Assembly: GCA_027491915.1 (NCBI GenBank)
Contig: JAOZGC010000002.1
Coordinates: forward strand, 224,001-288,000
Origin: Thermoproteota archaeon
Lineage (GTDB): Archaea; Korarchaeota; Korarchaeia; Korarchaeales; Korarchaeaceae
Direction of reading: 5' to 3'
Length of the DNA: 64,000 bases
Shown here: in pieces, positions 45,154-54,915 of the stretch
How positions within the stretch are numbered: the first letter of the stretch is position 1
How the letters are laid out: each line of letters opens with the position of its first letter
The notes under the pieces: generated by a model
What the model was told of the DNA's origin: nothing
What the model saw: only the letters and a program-made list of their open reading frames with translations
Database searches by the model: none
Made by a program: the position numbers and the translations under genes

Positions 45154-46593
45154 TTGGCCAGGAGGATCTGGGATCACCCGATACTGGACTTCGAGAGGGG
45201 GGAGCCGCTGAAGCTCATTTTCGAGGGTAGGGAGATAACCGCCTATCCGGGGGAGAGCGTCGCGGCCGCCCTAGTCGCCGAGGGGGTGGACATCCTCGGC
45301 TGGAGCAAGTTGAGAGGGAGGCCGAGGGGGTTCTTCTGCGGGATAGGGAAGTGCTCGTCCTGCCTGATGGTGGTGGACGGCATTCCCAACACCAGAACGT
45401 GCGTGACGCCCGTTTCTCCGGGCATGAGGGTCTCCAGGCAGAGGGGACCCCCTCCCATCCCGGACGTGGTTCCGGAGTTCGACCTCGAGAGGGAGGAGGT
45501 CGACCTGGCCATACTCGGGGGCGGACCGGCCGGGCTGTCGGCCGCGATCGCGGCTGCGGACCTGGGCGCCTCCGTCCTGTTGGTGGACGAGAACTTCAGG
45601 CCCGGGGGTCAGCTGATAAAGCAAACCCACAAGTTCTTCGGATCCAGGGAGAACTACGCCGGGGTCAGGGGAATAGAGATAGCCAGGAGGCTCCTCTCGG
45701 AGGTGGGCGGGCTGGGGGCCAGGTGGGTGCTCCGGTCCAGCGCGGTGGCCGATTACCCCACCGGATCCGGGCACAGAATAGTGGTCAGGCGTCCCGGAGG
45801 GGCTACGCTGGTGGACGCGCGGGCCGTGATAGTCGGGACGGGCGCCTCGGAGAACATGCTCGCCTTCCCGAACAACGACCTCCCCGGGGTGTACGGGGCC
45901 GGAGGATTGCAGACCCTGATGAACGTGTTCGGCGTTCTCCCGGGAGAGAGGGCCCTGGTCATCGGCGCCGGCAACGTCGGCCTCATAGTGGCCTACCAGC
46001 TCCTGCAGGCCGGGGCCCGGGTGGAGGCAGTCGTGGAGATAATGCCGAGGATAGGCGGGTACTTCGTCCACGCGGCCAAGATCAGGAGGATGGGGGTCCC
46101 CATACTGCTGAGGCACACCATCTCCAGGGTGCTCGGCAGGGAAAGGGTTGAGGGGGCCGAGGTGGTGGCCGTGGACGATTCTTGGCGGGCGGTGGAGGGG
46201 TCAGAGAGGACGTTCGACGTTGACATGGTGGTGTTGGCCGTCGGCCTCACCCCCTCCGTCAGGATACCGGCCCAGGCCGGCGCCGATATGATCTACGTCC
46301 CCCAACTCGGGGGGCACGTGCCCGTCCACACACCCAGACTCCTGACCACCCTGGATGGGATGTACGTGGCGGGCGACTCGTCGGGCATAGAGGAGGCGAC
46401 GACGGCCATGCTGGAGGGGAGGATCGCTGGGGCCGCGGCGGCCTCCGATCTGGGATACGCCCCGGATCGGGCGGAGAGGGTGATATCCGAGGCCCAGAGA
46501 CAACTGGAATCGTTTAGATCTGGTCCGTTCAGCTCCAGGGTTTTGGAGGGGAAGGAGATGGTCTGGGAGAAGGCCCGGGAGGTGATAGGATGA
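45154..46593 (+). CDS. Proline dehydrogenase/sarcosine oxidase-like alpha subunit with N-terminal 2Fe-2S domain
   Basis: FCGIGKCSSC...TC, GGGPAG, GGQLIKQTHKFFGS, GAGNVG. Confidence 0.88.
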   Translation: MARRIWDHPILDFERGEPLKLIFEGREITAYPGESVAAALVAEGVDILGWSKLRGRPRGFFCGIGKCSSCLMVVDGIPNTRTCVTPVSPGMRVSRQRGPPPIPDVVPEFDLEREEVDLAILGGGPAGLSAAIAAADLGASVLLVDENFRPGGQLIKQTHKFFGSRENYAGVRGIEIARRLLSEVGGLGARWVLRSSAVADYPTGSGHRIVVRRPGGATLVDARAVIVGTGASENMLAFPNNDLPGVYGAGGLQTLMNVFGVLPGERALVIGAGNVGLIVAYQLLQAGARVEAVVEIMPRIGGYFVHAAKIRRMGVPILLRHTISRVLGRERVEGAEVVAVDDSWRAVEGSERTFDVDMVVLAVGLTPSVRIPAQAGADMIYVPQLGGHVPVHTPRLLTTLDGMYVAGDSSGIEEATTAMLEGRIAGAAAASDLGYAPDRAERVISEAQRQLESFRSGPFSSRVLEGKEMVWEKAREVIG

Positions 46594-47066
46594 GCGAGCC
46601 GGGCGTGATGCCGGAAGACGTCCTGGGGGGCCTATTGCCACCGGATCGGGCTGCCGAGCGCCACCCGGTGGCCGTCATAGAGTGCCACGAGGAGATACCG
46701 TGCGACACCTGCCGCTGGGTGTGTCCCGTCGGGGCGGTGATCAAGCCGTCGATCACGACCCCCCCGAGGGTGGACTGGGACAGGTGCACCGGGTGCGGCA
46801 CGTGCCTCATGTCCTGCCCAGGCCTGGCCATCTTCATGGTCCGCCTCCGGGGTGAGTGGGCCGACGTCTACGTCCCCTATGAGTTTTCCCCCCTCCCCCG
46901 CAGGGGGGAGGTGGTGGCCGCCCTGGATCGGATGGGCGAGAAGATCGCGGAGGCGGAGGTTGTGCTCTCCGTCAGGTCCAGGGACGGGACCGGGATGGTG
47001 GCGGTCAGGGTTCCCAGAGAGGCGGCCCACGTCGTCAGGGCCGTCAGGGCTGGTGGGTCGAGATGA
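46590..47066 (+). CDS. 4Fe-4S ferredoxin subunit of the PDH-like complex
   Basis: ECHEEIPCDTC..VCP, CTGCGTCLMSCPGLAIF. Confidence 0.88.
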   Translation: MSEPGVMPEDVLGGLLPPDRAAERHPVAVIECHEEIPCDTCRWVCPVGAVIKPSITTPPRVDWDRCTGCGTCLMSCPGLAIFMVRLRGEWADVYVPYEFSPLPRRGEVVAALDRMGEKIAEAEVVLSVRSRDGTGMVAVRVPREAAHVVRAVRAGGSR

Positions 47067-47359
47067 GCTCGGAGATCACCATATGCAGGTGCGAGGACGT
47101 GACGGAGGAGGACGTGGTTAGGGCCGTGAGGGAGTACGGCCTGACCACCCTGGACGAGCTCAAGAGGGTCCTGAGGATAGGTATGGGCCCCTGCCAGGGC
47201 AGAACGTGCCTCAGACTCGCGGCCAGAATCCTGGCCAGGGAGACCGGGAGGTCGACCTCCGAGGTGATGAGCCTCTACCCGAGGGTGCGCCCCCCCATAA
47301 TACCCCTGGAGCTGGGCCTGGCCGCGCTGCTGGAGGGGGGTGACGGCGGAGGTGACTGA
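47063..47359 (+). CDS. BFD-like [2Fe-2S] subunit
   Basis: ICRCEDV...GMGPCQGRTC...RPP. Confidence 0.88.
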   Translation: MSSEITICRCEDVTEEDVVRAVREYGLTTLDELKRVLRIGMGPCQGRTCLRLAARILARETGRSTSEVMSLYPRVRPPIIPLELGLAALLEGGDGGGD

Positions 47360-48500
47360 GAGGCTCGACGTCGCCGTGGTGGGCGCCGGGATAATAGGGT
47401 CGGCGACGGCCTACTACCTGGCCGCCAGGGGGCTGTCGGTCGCGGTCTTCGACAGGGAGTACGTGACGGCCGGGGCCACCGGAAGGTGCCCGGGCGGGAT
47501 AAGGCAGCAGTGGAGCACAGAAGACAACGTCCGCCTGATGATGAAGAGCGTGGAGATCTACGAGGGGCTGTCCGAGGAGCTGGGGGCGGAGATCGACTTC
47601 CACCAGGGGGGCTACCTGATAGTGGCCAAGACGGAGGAGGAGAGGAGGAGGTTCGAGGACCAGATGAGGATGCAGAGGTCCCTCGGCCTCCCTGTCAGGT
47701 GGCTAGAACCCGGCGAGATCAAGGAGATGGTCCCCCAGCTGGACGTCGAGGGGATCGGGGCCATCGGCGCGGCGTGGAACCCGACCGACGGTTATGCCAA
47801 CCCGTTTAAGGTCACATACGCCTTCGCGTCGGCCGCCAGGAGGCTCGGGGCGGAGTTTCACCTCTTCACCCCCGTGAGGAGGGTGGTGGTGGAGGGGGGA
47901 TCCGTCTCCGGCGTTGAGACCGACAAGGGTTTCTTCGGGGCGGAGTTCGTGGTCAACAGCGCCGGAGCCTGGTCCAGGGAGATCGCGGAGACCGCCGGGG
48001 TATCGCTCCCCAACAGACCTTATAGGCACGAGATACTGGCCACCGAGCCCGTGCGCCGCTTCTTGGAGCCCATGGTGATATCCTTCCACGACAACGTTTA
48101 CTTCAGGCAGTCCCACGCCGGGGCCATACTCGGGGGCTGGGGGGACCCCAACGAGCCGCCGGGATACAACCTCTCCTCGAGCCCCAAGTTCCTGGGCAGG
48201 TTCTCTCGACTCCTGATCAGCTACGTCCCCGGGCTCAGGTCCGTCAGGGTGGTGAGGCAGTGGGCCGGGCTCTACGACGTGACCCCCGACGCCAAGCAGA
48301 TAGTGGGAGAGGTCCCGGAGGTGGCCGGGTTCATACAGGCCAACGGCTTCAGCGGACACGGCTTCATGGCCGGCCCGATAACGGCGAAGCTCGTCGCTCA
48401 GCTGATATCCGGGGAGCCCCTCGACCTGCCGATAGAGGGCTTCTCCATAGAGAGGTTCAGGAGGGGAGAGACCGGGAGGGAGGCGTCGGTCGTCGGGTAG
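47340..48500 (+). CDS. FAD-dependent oxidoreductase (proline dehydrogenase/sarcosine oxidase beta-like)
   Basis: VVGAGIIG, GATGRCPGGIRQQ, WAGLYDVTPD, GFSGHGF. Confidence 0.9.
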   Translation: MTAEVTERLDVAVVGAGIIGSATAYYLAARGLSVAVFDREYVTAGATGRCPGGIRQQWSTEDNVRLMMKSVEIYEGLSEELGAEIDFHQGGYLIVAKTEEERRRFEDQMRMQRSLGLPVRWLEPGEIKEMVPQLDVEGIGAIGAAWNPTDGYANPFKVTYAFASAARRLGAEFHLFTPVRRVVVEGGSVSGVETDKGFFGAEFVVNSAGAWSREIAETAGVSLPNRPYRHEILATEPVRRFLEPMVISFHDNVYFRQSHAGAILGGWGDPNEPPGYNLSSSPKFLGRFSRLLISYVPGLRSVRVVRQWAGLYDVTPDAKQIVGEVPEVAGFIQANGFSGHGFMAGPITAKLVAQLISGEPLDLPIEGFSIERFRRGETGREASVVG

Positions 48501-49342
48501 GATGGGAACCTCCACAGCTCCCCCTCGGGAACCGCGCAGCACGCCCCGACGACCCTCATGCCGAACCTCGATATGGTCTCCCTCCTGGGGTTGGCCACCC
48601 TGTCGACCCCAGCCCCGACGGCGGCCTCGTCGTACCGGACCTTCAGCCGGGGCGACCTCATGCACCCGAGGTACACCTCCCTGAAGATGCCCCGCGCCGC
48701 CCCGACGGCCGCCGCCACCTCCCCGGGGGTGGGCGGAGGGTGCCCCGCCAGCGGAGTGCCCGCCGTGGGGACGAAGGCCAGGACCACGAGCCTGTCCGCC
48801 CCGGCCGCCCTGATCTGGCGGGCGGCCTCCACCCACTCGTCCAGCCCGGAACCCGGTAGGCCAACGGTCAGGTGGGGGGCCACGTGCGGGGGACCGAACT
48901 CCAGGAGGATCTCGAGCGCCCTGAGGTAGTCCTCCAGCCCGTATCTCAACCCCTTCGACCTCTCGGCGGTCCTCCTGCTGGGCAGGACCTCAAAGTCCAC
49001 CATGTCTATCCCTGCGTCGGCCATCTCCTCGGCGGTCTCCCTGTCCACCATCCCCGGGTGGACGCTCACGAACATGTCAACCTCCCTCTTGACCTCCCTC
49101 ACCGCCCGGAGGAAGGGCCTGAGCGGCAGCCTCCCCCCGGCGTCGAAACCCCCGCTCAGCAGGATGCCCCTGGAGCCCGTCGACCAGAGCCTCCTCATCA
49201 GCGCCGAGAGGTCCTCCGGGGTGGTGGCCCACGCCATCCCCCTCAGCCACCTCCCCATGCACATGGGGCACATGAGCCCGCACGCCCCCCCCGTCAGGCT
49301 GACGCTGGGGTACGCCCTGCCCGGAACGAACGCCGCCGTCAA
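48398..49342 (-). CDS. lipS1: Radical SAM lipoyl synthase subunit LipS1
   Basis: CGLMCPMC, LGCMR and ACC motifs; TTG 49342 coupled to lipS2 stop. Confidence 0.8.
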   Translation of the reverse strand: MTAAFVPGRAYPSVSLTGGACGLMCPMCMGRWLRGMAWATTPEDLSALMRRLWSTGSRGILLSGGFDAGGRLPLRPFLRAVREVKREVDMFVSVHPGMVDRETAEEMADAGIDMVDFEVLPSRRTAERSKGLRYGLEDYLRALEILLEFGPPHVAPHLTVGLPGSGLDEWVEAARQIRAAGADRLVVLAFVPTAGTPLAGHPPPTPGEVAAAVGAARGIFREVYLGCMRSPRLKVRYDEAAVGAGVDRVANPRRETISRFGMRVVGACCAVPEGELWRFPSYPTTDASLPVSPLLNLSMEKPSIGRSRGSPDIS

Positions 49343-50226
49343 GGTGGGATCGCCTCCGCGGCCGGGTAGTTGTAGATGGGGCCGGAGGGGGACTCGTTGT
49401 AGAATGGCCTGTTGCACCCGGGACACCCGCTGGTGAGGAGGGCCCTCCTGTCCTCTGGCAGCCTCCCCCTCTCGTACATCTCCCTGGCTTCCCCGGGCGG
49501 CACCCCAGCTGAGAGGGCGTATCTGAGCCTCTGCATCCTCCTGTAACCCGCCAGGTCCGGGCTCGGTCTGCCCCACATGGGCGTGCCCCTAACTGGGGTG
49601 AAGGCGAAGAGGGCCACCTGGAGCCCCCTCGAGTAGAGGTAGATCATGGCATCGGCGAACTCCCTCTCGCTCTCCCCCAACCCGAATATCAGGTGGACGA
49701 AGACCGAGCCGGGGCCGAAAACCTCCAGGGCCTCCTCGGCGAACCGGAGGTAATCCTCCCACCGGAAGGGCTTGCCAACGGCCTCGGCGATCTCCGGCGT
49801 CGCGGCGTCCATTCCCACTCCTAGGTGGGTCACCCCCAGCCTCCTCATCTCCCTGAGGAGGTCGACGTCGACGGGCGTCGTGGCGACCGACGCGGGCAGG
49901 TCGATCCCCGCCCCGCGGATCTCCCTCAGTATATCGATGACCTCCCTCTCGAAGCCCTCCTTGATAATCGTCTGGACGCATATCCTGACCAACCGGGAGG
50001 ATCTCATCCCCTCCACCAGTTCTCTCAGCTCGACCTCGGGCCACCTTATCCTGGAGAGGAGATCCCCCCCGCCCCCGGCCGAGGACGACTGAGGGCAGAA
50101 GGCGCAGGTCCCGGCGCACCCGCCCTCCGAACTCTGCAGGAGATAGGCCGTGGTTGGGGGCCAGTCCATCTTGATCCTGACCAGCCCCGAGACGGCCAGA
50201 GTCCCTAGGGAGGCCCTCACCCTCAT
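49339..50226 (-). CDS. lipS2: Radical SAM lipoyl synthase subunit LipS2
   Basis: CAGTCAFCPQ and TSGCPGCNRPFYNE. Confidence 0.82.
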   Translation of the reverse strand: MRVRASLGTLAVSGLVRIKMDWPPTTAYLLQSSEGGCAGTCAFCPQSSSAGGGGDLLSRIRWPEVELRELVEGMRSSRLVRICVQTIIKEGFEREVIDILREIRGAGIDLPASVATTPVDVDLLREMRRLGVTHLGVGMDAATPEIAEAVGKPFRWEDYLRFAEEALEVFGPGSVFVHLIFGLGESEREFADAMIYLYSRGLQVALFAFTPVRGTPMWGRPSPDLAGYRRMQRLRYALSAGVPPGEAREMYERGRLPEDRRALLTSGCPGCNRPFYNESPSGPIYNYPAAEAIPP

Positions 50227-50296
50227 GGTATCCTCGCATCCTCCTCCACGCGCCCCCCGGCGATCGGTTATATTGGATGCCGCCGCTTCCCAGCCG

Positions 50297-51055
50297 ATGC
50301 CCCGGAGCTGGAGGCTCTTGGTGGACGAGGGAGACGGGCGGTGGAACATGGCTCTGGACGAGGCCATCGCCCTGGAGAGACCGAGGATCGGGAGGAACAC
50401 CCTTAGGGTCTACAGGTTCTCCGAGGGGACCGTCACGATAGGGAGGTTTCAGCGGGCGGCGGAGGCGGTGAACCTGGGAGAGGCGGCGCGCCTCGGGATA
50501 CCCGTGATAAGGAGGGTAACGGGAGGGGGCGCGGTTTACCACGACCCCCGGGGGGAGGTGACCTACTCGGTGGTGATCCCTGAGAGGGAGCTCCCGTCGA
50601 GCGTGCTGGATAGCTACAGGACGCTGTGCTCGGGAGTGGTCAGGGCGGCCGAGATCCTGGGAGCCGAGGCCTCCTTCTCGCCGATAAACGACGTGATCGC
50701 CTGCGGGAGGAAGGTGTCCGGCAGCGCCCAGGCCAGACTCTCGGGCGCGGTGCTCCAGCACGGCACCCTGATGTACGCGTCGGACCTGGACCTCCTGGCG
50801 GCCCTCCTAAGGCCTCCCAGGGAGAAGCTCGCCGCCCACGGGGCCTCCGACATAAGGGAGAGGGTGACCACGATATCCGAATGCGTCGGGAGGGCTGTCG
50901 ACTGGAGGGAGGCCTCCGAGGCGGTGATCTCCGGGTTCTCCGAGGCGCTGGACCTTGATCTGAGGGAGGAGGATCCGACCGAGGCGGAGATAAGGACGGC
51001 CGAGAGGCTCGTGGAGGAGCGATACTCGAGGGACGGGTGGAACCTGTCGAGGTGA
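50297..51055 (+). CDS. lplA: Lipoate-protein ligase catalytic subunit
   Basis: NMALDEA, RRVTGGGAVYHD, INDV...KVSGSAQ, QHGT. Confidence 0.92.
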   Translation: MPRSWRLLVDEGDGRWNMALDEAIALERPRIGRNTLRVYRFSEGTVTIGRFQRAAEAVNLGEAARLGIPVIRRVTGGGAVYHDPRGEVTYSVVIPERELPSSVLDSYRTLCSGVVRAAEILGAEASFSPINDVIACGRKVSGSAQARLSGAVLQHGTLMYASDLDLLAALLRPPREKLAAHGASDIRERVTTISECVGRAVDWREASEAVISGFSEALDLDLREEDPTEAEIRTAERLVEERYSRDGWNLSR

Positions 51056-51360
51056 TCCCCTTGGGGATCGGCAGGCGCAGAATCAGGTCGAGCCTCGGCA
51101 AGACCGTTGAGGTGGAGGTGGCGGTCTCCCGGGGCAGAATATCCAGGGCCCTGATATCCGGAGACTTCTTCGCATTCCCGGCCGACGTCGTATACCGGCT
51201 GGAAGAAGCCATGACCGGACTGCCAGCCGACCCTGAGGCCATATCCCGCCTGGAAGAGTTGGAGCTGGGAGGGGAGCTGGTCGGGGTATCGCTGTCGGAC
51301 GTGATCGACGCTGCGAGGTCAGCCCTGTCCAGGGCCCTCTCTCACGAGGGAGAGGAGTAG
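51037..51360 (+). CDS. lplB: Lipoate-protein ligase accessory subunit LplB
   Basis: ISGDFFAFP...LEEAMTG; directly after lplA. Confidence 0.78.
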   Translation: MEPVEVIPLGIGRRRIRSSLGKTVEVEVAVSRGRISRALISGDFFAFPADVVYRLEEAMTGLPADPEAISRLEELELGGELVGVSLSDVIDAARSALSRALSHEGEE

Positions 51361-52143
51361 GTCCCTCTCGGTTATGATGCCCACCACCCTCCTCCTCTTT
51401 GTGACCGGCAGGCACCCGACGTTCTCCCTCGCCATGAGCTCGGCGGCGGCCGCAACCCCTATCAGGGGGCTCACCGTGATGACCGGGGAGGTCATTATCG
51501 TCCTGACCGGCGCCGAGAGTGCCGCCGCCGGGTCGGCCGCCGTCCCCTCCTCCACCATGAACCTCATGAGGTCCATCGCCGTGACGATGCCCACCAGCTC
51601 CCCGCCGTCTACTATCGGAGTCCTCCTGAATCCCCCCGAGGCCATCTCCCTGAAGGCCGAGATTATCGGGGCGTCGGGCGGCAGGGTCCTAACCTTCTCC
51701 GTCATGACCTCGCCTACGGTAAGCCTAACTTCCCCCTTGGGGTAGTGCCTCACCACGTCCCTCTCGGATATTATGCCGGCGAGCCTGTCCCCCCTCACGA
51801 CCAGCAGGGCGCCGGACTCGTCCTCCGCCATCAACCTGGCGACCGTCCAGAGGTCGGAGTCCGGATCCACCGAGGGCGGGGGCCTGCCCATTACCCCCCT
51901 CAACGGGCTCTCGAGGAAGGAGGAGTATCTCTCGGCGTCGCACCTGGGGGAACACGTCTTGACCAGGCCGGATACCAGGTTCCTGGCCGTCAATATCCCT
52001 AGTACCCTTCCAGACTCCACCACGGGGAGCCTGCGGAACCAACCCCTCATCATCACCCGGGCGGCCTTGCCGACGGACTCGTCCGGCCGAGCGGTCACCA
52101 CGGAGGCCGTGGCTATGTCCATGGCCCTGATAACTTGATCCAT
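51319..52143 (-). CDS. Four-CBS-domain protein
   Basis: RRLPVV..GILT, GIISERD, RRTPIV..GIVT, GCLPV..GIITERD. Confidence 0.9.
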   Translation of the reverse strand: MDQVIRAMDIATASVVTARPDESVGKAARVMMRGWFRRLPVVESGRVLGILTARNLVSGLVKTCSPRCDAERYSSFLESPLRGVMGRPPPSVDPDSDLWTVARLMAEDESGALLVVRGDRLAGIISERDVVRHYPKGEVRLTVGEVMTEKVRTLPPDAPIISAFREMASGGFRRTPIVDGGELVGIVTAMDLMRFMVEEGTAADPAAALSAPVRTIMTSPVITVSPLIGVAAAAELMARENVGCLPVTKRRRVVGIITERDLLLSLVREGPGQG

Positions 52144-52223
52144 ATGACCCACCGTCCAGCCCTTCCTTCCCGTGATGTACCCCAAATCTTTTTGAATTTT
52201 TCTACCAAGCGTCGGGAAGAACC

Positions 52224-52520
52224 CTACGGAATGGCGGGCTCGGCCTCACCCGTCTCGGGATTGAGGACCATTATCCTGTCCCCTTTCTTGACCTTGGGCT
52301 CTATCATTAGCCTCCGACCGCCTCCCTTGATGGGTATTAGGAAGTACTCGTCCACCCGACCGTCCCCGTGTCTCAGTATCAGCTTGACCTTGTCCTCCGT
52401 CCTCTCCATGGTATTCGGGTCGACGTACTCGACTATCGCGAATTCCCCCCTGGAGACCAGCCTCCTGGCCTCCACCTTCCCCCTCTTGCTCACCGTCAAC
52501 ACCTCTTCCGGCAGGCTCAC
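52224..52520 (-). CDS. Hypothetical small beta-rich protein
   Basis: GTG 52520 coupled to pfpI stop; MSLPEEVLTVSKRGKVEARRL... Confidence 0.6.
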   Translation of the reverse strand: MSLPEEVLTVSKRGKVEARRLVSRGEFAIVEYVDPNTMERTEDKVKLILRHGDGRVDEYFLIPIKGGGRRLMIEPKVKKGDRIMVLNPETGEAEPAIP

Positions 52521-53035
52521 CCTCCAGACCCCCCGGCCAGCTCCACGACCGCCGACATGAACTCCGGCAGATCCTGGGGCCCCCTGGCGGTGACCACCCT
52601 GCCGTCGACCACCACCGGTCCCCCCTCCAGGATTGCCCCGGCGTTCTCCAGGTCGTCCAGTATAGAGGAGGCCCCGGTCATCCTCCTGCCCCTGACGAGG
52701 CCCGCGCTTATCAGGACCTGGGGCCCGTGGCATATGGCCGCCACGATACCCCCGGCCCCATGCACCTCCCTAACGAGCCTCAACACGTTCGGATCCCTCC
52801 TGAGCCTGTCTGGGCCCCACCCACCGGGTATGAGGATCAAATCCACATCCTCACCGCTCAGCCCCCTGGCCTCCCTCTCGGCCCTCCAGGTCAGACACCC
52901 CCTCTTGCTCCTGACCTGCCCGATCTTTGAGGAACACACCTCTACCTCGAAGCCGGCCTCCAGCAGTCGGTAGTAGGGATAGATGAACTCCGACTCCTCG
53001 AAGCCGTCCCCGAGCAGTATGACCGCCCTCAACAT
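52517..53035 (-). CDS. pfpI: DJ-1/PfpI family protease/deglycase
   Basis: GFEESE, IPGG, AICHGP, VVVDG.VVTAR. Confidence 0.92.
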   Translation of the reverse strand: MLRAVILLGDGFEESEFIYPYYRLLEAGFEVEVCSSKIGQVRSKRGCLTWRAEREARGLSGEDVDLILIPGGWGPDRLRRDPNVLRLVREVHGAGGIVAAICHGPQVLISAGLVRGRRMTGASSILDDLENAGAILEGGPVVVDGRVVTARGPQDLPEFMSAVVELAGGSGG

Positions 53036-53087
53036 CCCCCCAAGCCCGGGGTATGGGGGAGGATAATTATCTATCCCCCCTCGGGGG

Positions 53088-53471
53088 ATGAGGGAGGGAA
53101 AGATGAGCAAACTCGCGGTGGTGGCGATATGGCTGGTCGCCTCCTCGGCGGCCTTCCTGTTCGCCAGCGCGTCGGTCAACAGCTTTCTCCCTCCGACGAA
53201 GGGAGAGGGGCCCGCTTGGGGGATCTGCTTTTTGGTCGAGCCTTCGGCCGGTTTTTACGGGTGTGCTGGGGCCCTGGCCGGACTTGGGGTGGGTCTCCTC
53301 CTGCCGATCCTCCTGGCTGAGACCCAGAGAGAGCTGAAGAGGATCCTCTCGGTGGGCATACTCCTGATCGTTGTGGGAGGGCCGGCCTCCAGCCTTGGGT
53401 GGTTGGGTCCACCTCTGGCCTTCCTCGGGGTCGGCCTGACGGTCACCTCAACGCTGGGCCTCCTCATGTGA
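53088..53471 (+). CDS. Hypothetical 4-TM membrane protein
   Basis: Four hydrophobic segments; divergent from pfpI across palindrome GATAATTATC (53062-53071). Confidence 0.55.
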   Translation: MREGKMSKLAVVAIWLVASSAAFLFASASVNSFLPPTKGEGPAWGICFLVEPSAGFYGCAGALAGLGVGLLLPILLAETQRELKRILSVGILLIVVGGPASSLGWLGPPLAFLGVGLTVTSTLGLLM

Positions 53472-53541
53472 TCGGCTGCTCCGTTAAAATAGGTCGGACC
53501 GGAGGCGCTCCGCCGCCGCGCGGAGTCTATCGAAGCCAGGG

Positions 53542-54915
53542 ATGATCGGGATGGCCTCGACCCCCCTGAAGATGCATGCCGGCTTGGCCGATCTCCTGCT
53601 GACCAGGAAGAACGTTCTCTTGTCGGCGTGGCTCGTCTTCCTACTGAGCCTTGGATTCAATTCCGTCACTCAGATAATCCCATACTACATCATGTACCTC
53701 GAGGGAACCCTCTCCGATCTGCCGGAGAACCTCGGAAAGCTGTCAGGGGCCTCCGGGGTGGCCCTGGAGGTGGGCCTGGTGGTGTCCCTCTTCAACCTCT
53801 CGAGGGCCTCCCTGGCCAGGTTCTTCGGGGGGCTCAGCGACAGGAGGGGGAGGAAGAGGCTAATCTCAATTGGATCAATCTTGTACGCGATTATCTCATC
53901 CCTGTTCCCACTCGTAAAGTCTCTCCCGGAGATATACGCCCTGAGAGCTGCCCAGGGGGCGGTCTCGGCCATGGTCTGGCCGGCCGTCCTGGCCCTGATA
54001 ATGGACACGACCGAGAGGGAATGGAGGGGTAGGGCCATGGCCGTGTTCACGCTCGCCAACAACTCCGCCATGGTCCTCGGCCCGGCGATAGCGGCCGGTA
54101 TATACAAGCTTGGGGTAATCTTCCTGAAGCTGAGGGACGTCCGCGCGGCCCTGATCTTCCCCTTCGTCGGCCTGGCCGCCCTGTCCTACCTGGCAGTCCC
54201 CCCGGCCATCCTGCTGAGCGAGCCGCCGAGGGTCGATGCGGGGAGGGGGAACCGCCCGCGGGGAGGGGGGCCGGTGGACCGCTCCCTCCGGAGGAGCCTG
54301 CTGGCCCTGTACACCATGGGACTGGCGAACGGGTTCTCCATGGGTTTCGCCGCCCCCCTGGTCACCCTCTACGTCGCCGAGTACATCAACGCCGACCCGG
54401 CGGTGGTGGCCTCCGTCCCGCTGGCGGCCGGCGCGCTGGCCTTCCTCGCGACGTATCCGGCCGGCCGGGTGTCGGACTCGGTGGGGCGCAGGCCGCTCAT
54501 AATATGGGGGTCGCTCGTCAGCAGGGTGTCGACCGCGGCGATGCCCTTTGTCAGGAACCTGTTCTCATTCACCGGACTCTATTCCATAAGGGCCGTCTCC
54601 TTCAGCTTCGCCTCCCCCTCATTCAGGGCCATACAGGGGGACATAGCCCCGAGCGAGATAAGGGGAAGGGTGATAGGGACCATACAGACGATGTACAACG
54701 TCGGCGCCGTCGTGGGCCCGGTCGTGGGCGGTCAGGTCTACTCCTCGCTGGCCGGGGGGCGCGTGGGAGGGGGAGGCCTCCCGGAGATCCCCGGCGAGGC
54801 GGTTCCCTTCCTCATAAGCTCGGCGATAGGCCTGTTCAGCATAGCCGTATTCGCCGCGTTCGTCCGGGAGCCGGGGGATCACGACCCCGGCTCCTCCCCC
54901 CCGCCCGACTCCTGA
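53542..54915 (+). CDS. MFS transporter
   Basis: GGLSDRRGRK and GRVSDSVGRR motif A; GPVVGG. Confidence 0.93.
   Translation: MIGMASTPLKMHAGLADLLLTRKNVLLSAWLVFLLSLGFNSVTQIIPYYIMYLEGTLSDLPENLGKLSGASGVALEVGLVVSLFNLSRASLARFFGGLSDRRGRKRLISIGSILYAIISSLFPLVKSLPEIYALRAAQGAVSAMVWPAVLALIMDTTEREWRGRAMAVFTLANNSAMVLGPAIAAGIYKLGVIFLKLRDVRAALIFPFVGLAALSYLAVPPAILLSEPPRVDAGRGNRPRGGGPVDRSLRRSLLALYTMGLANGFSMGFAAPLVTLYVAEYINADPAVVASVPLAAGALAFLATYPAGRVSDSVGRRPLIIWGSLVSRVSTAAMPFVRNLFSFTGLYSIRAVSFSFASPSFRAIQGDIAPSEIRGRVIGTIQTMYNVGAVVGPVVGGQVYSSLAGGRVGGGGLPEIPGEAVPFLISSAIGLFSIAVFAAFVREPGDHDPGSSPPPDS

Noticed and set aside
48398-50226. Radical SAM pair as RiPP maturases partnering the PqqD protein
   Set aside because: No SPASM domain; motifs and lplAB context fit LipS1/LipS2
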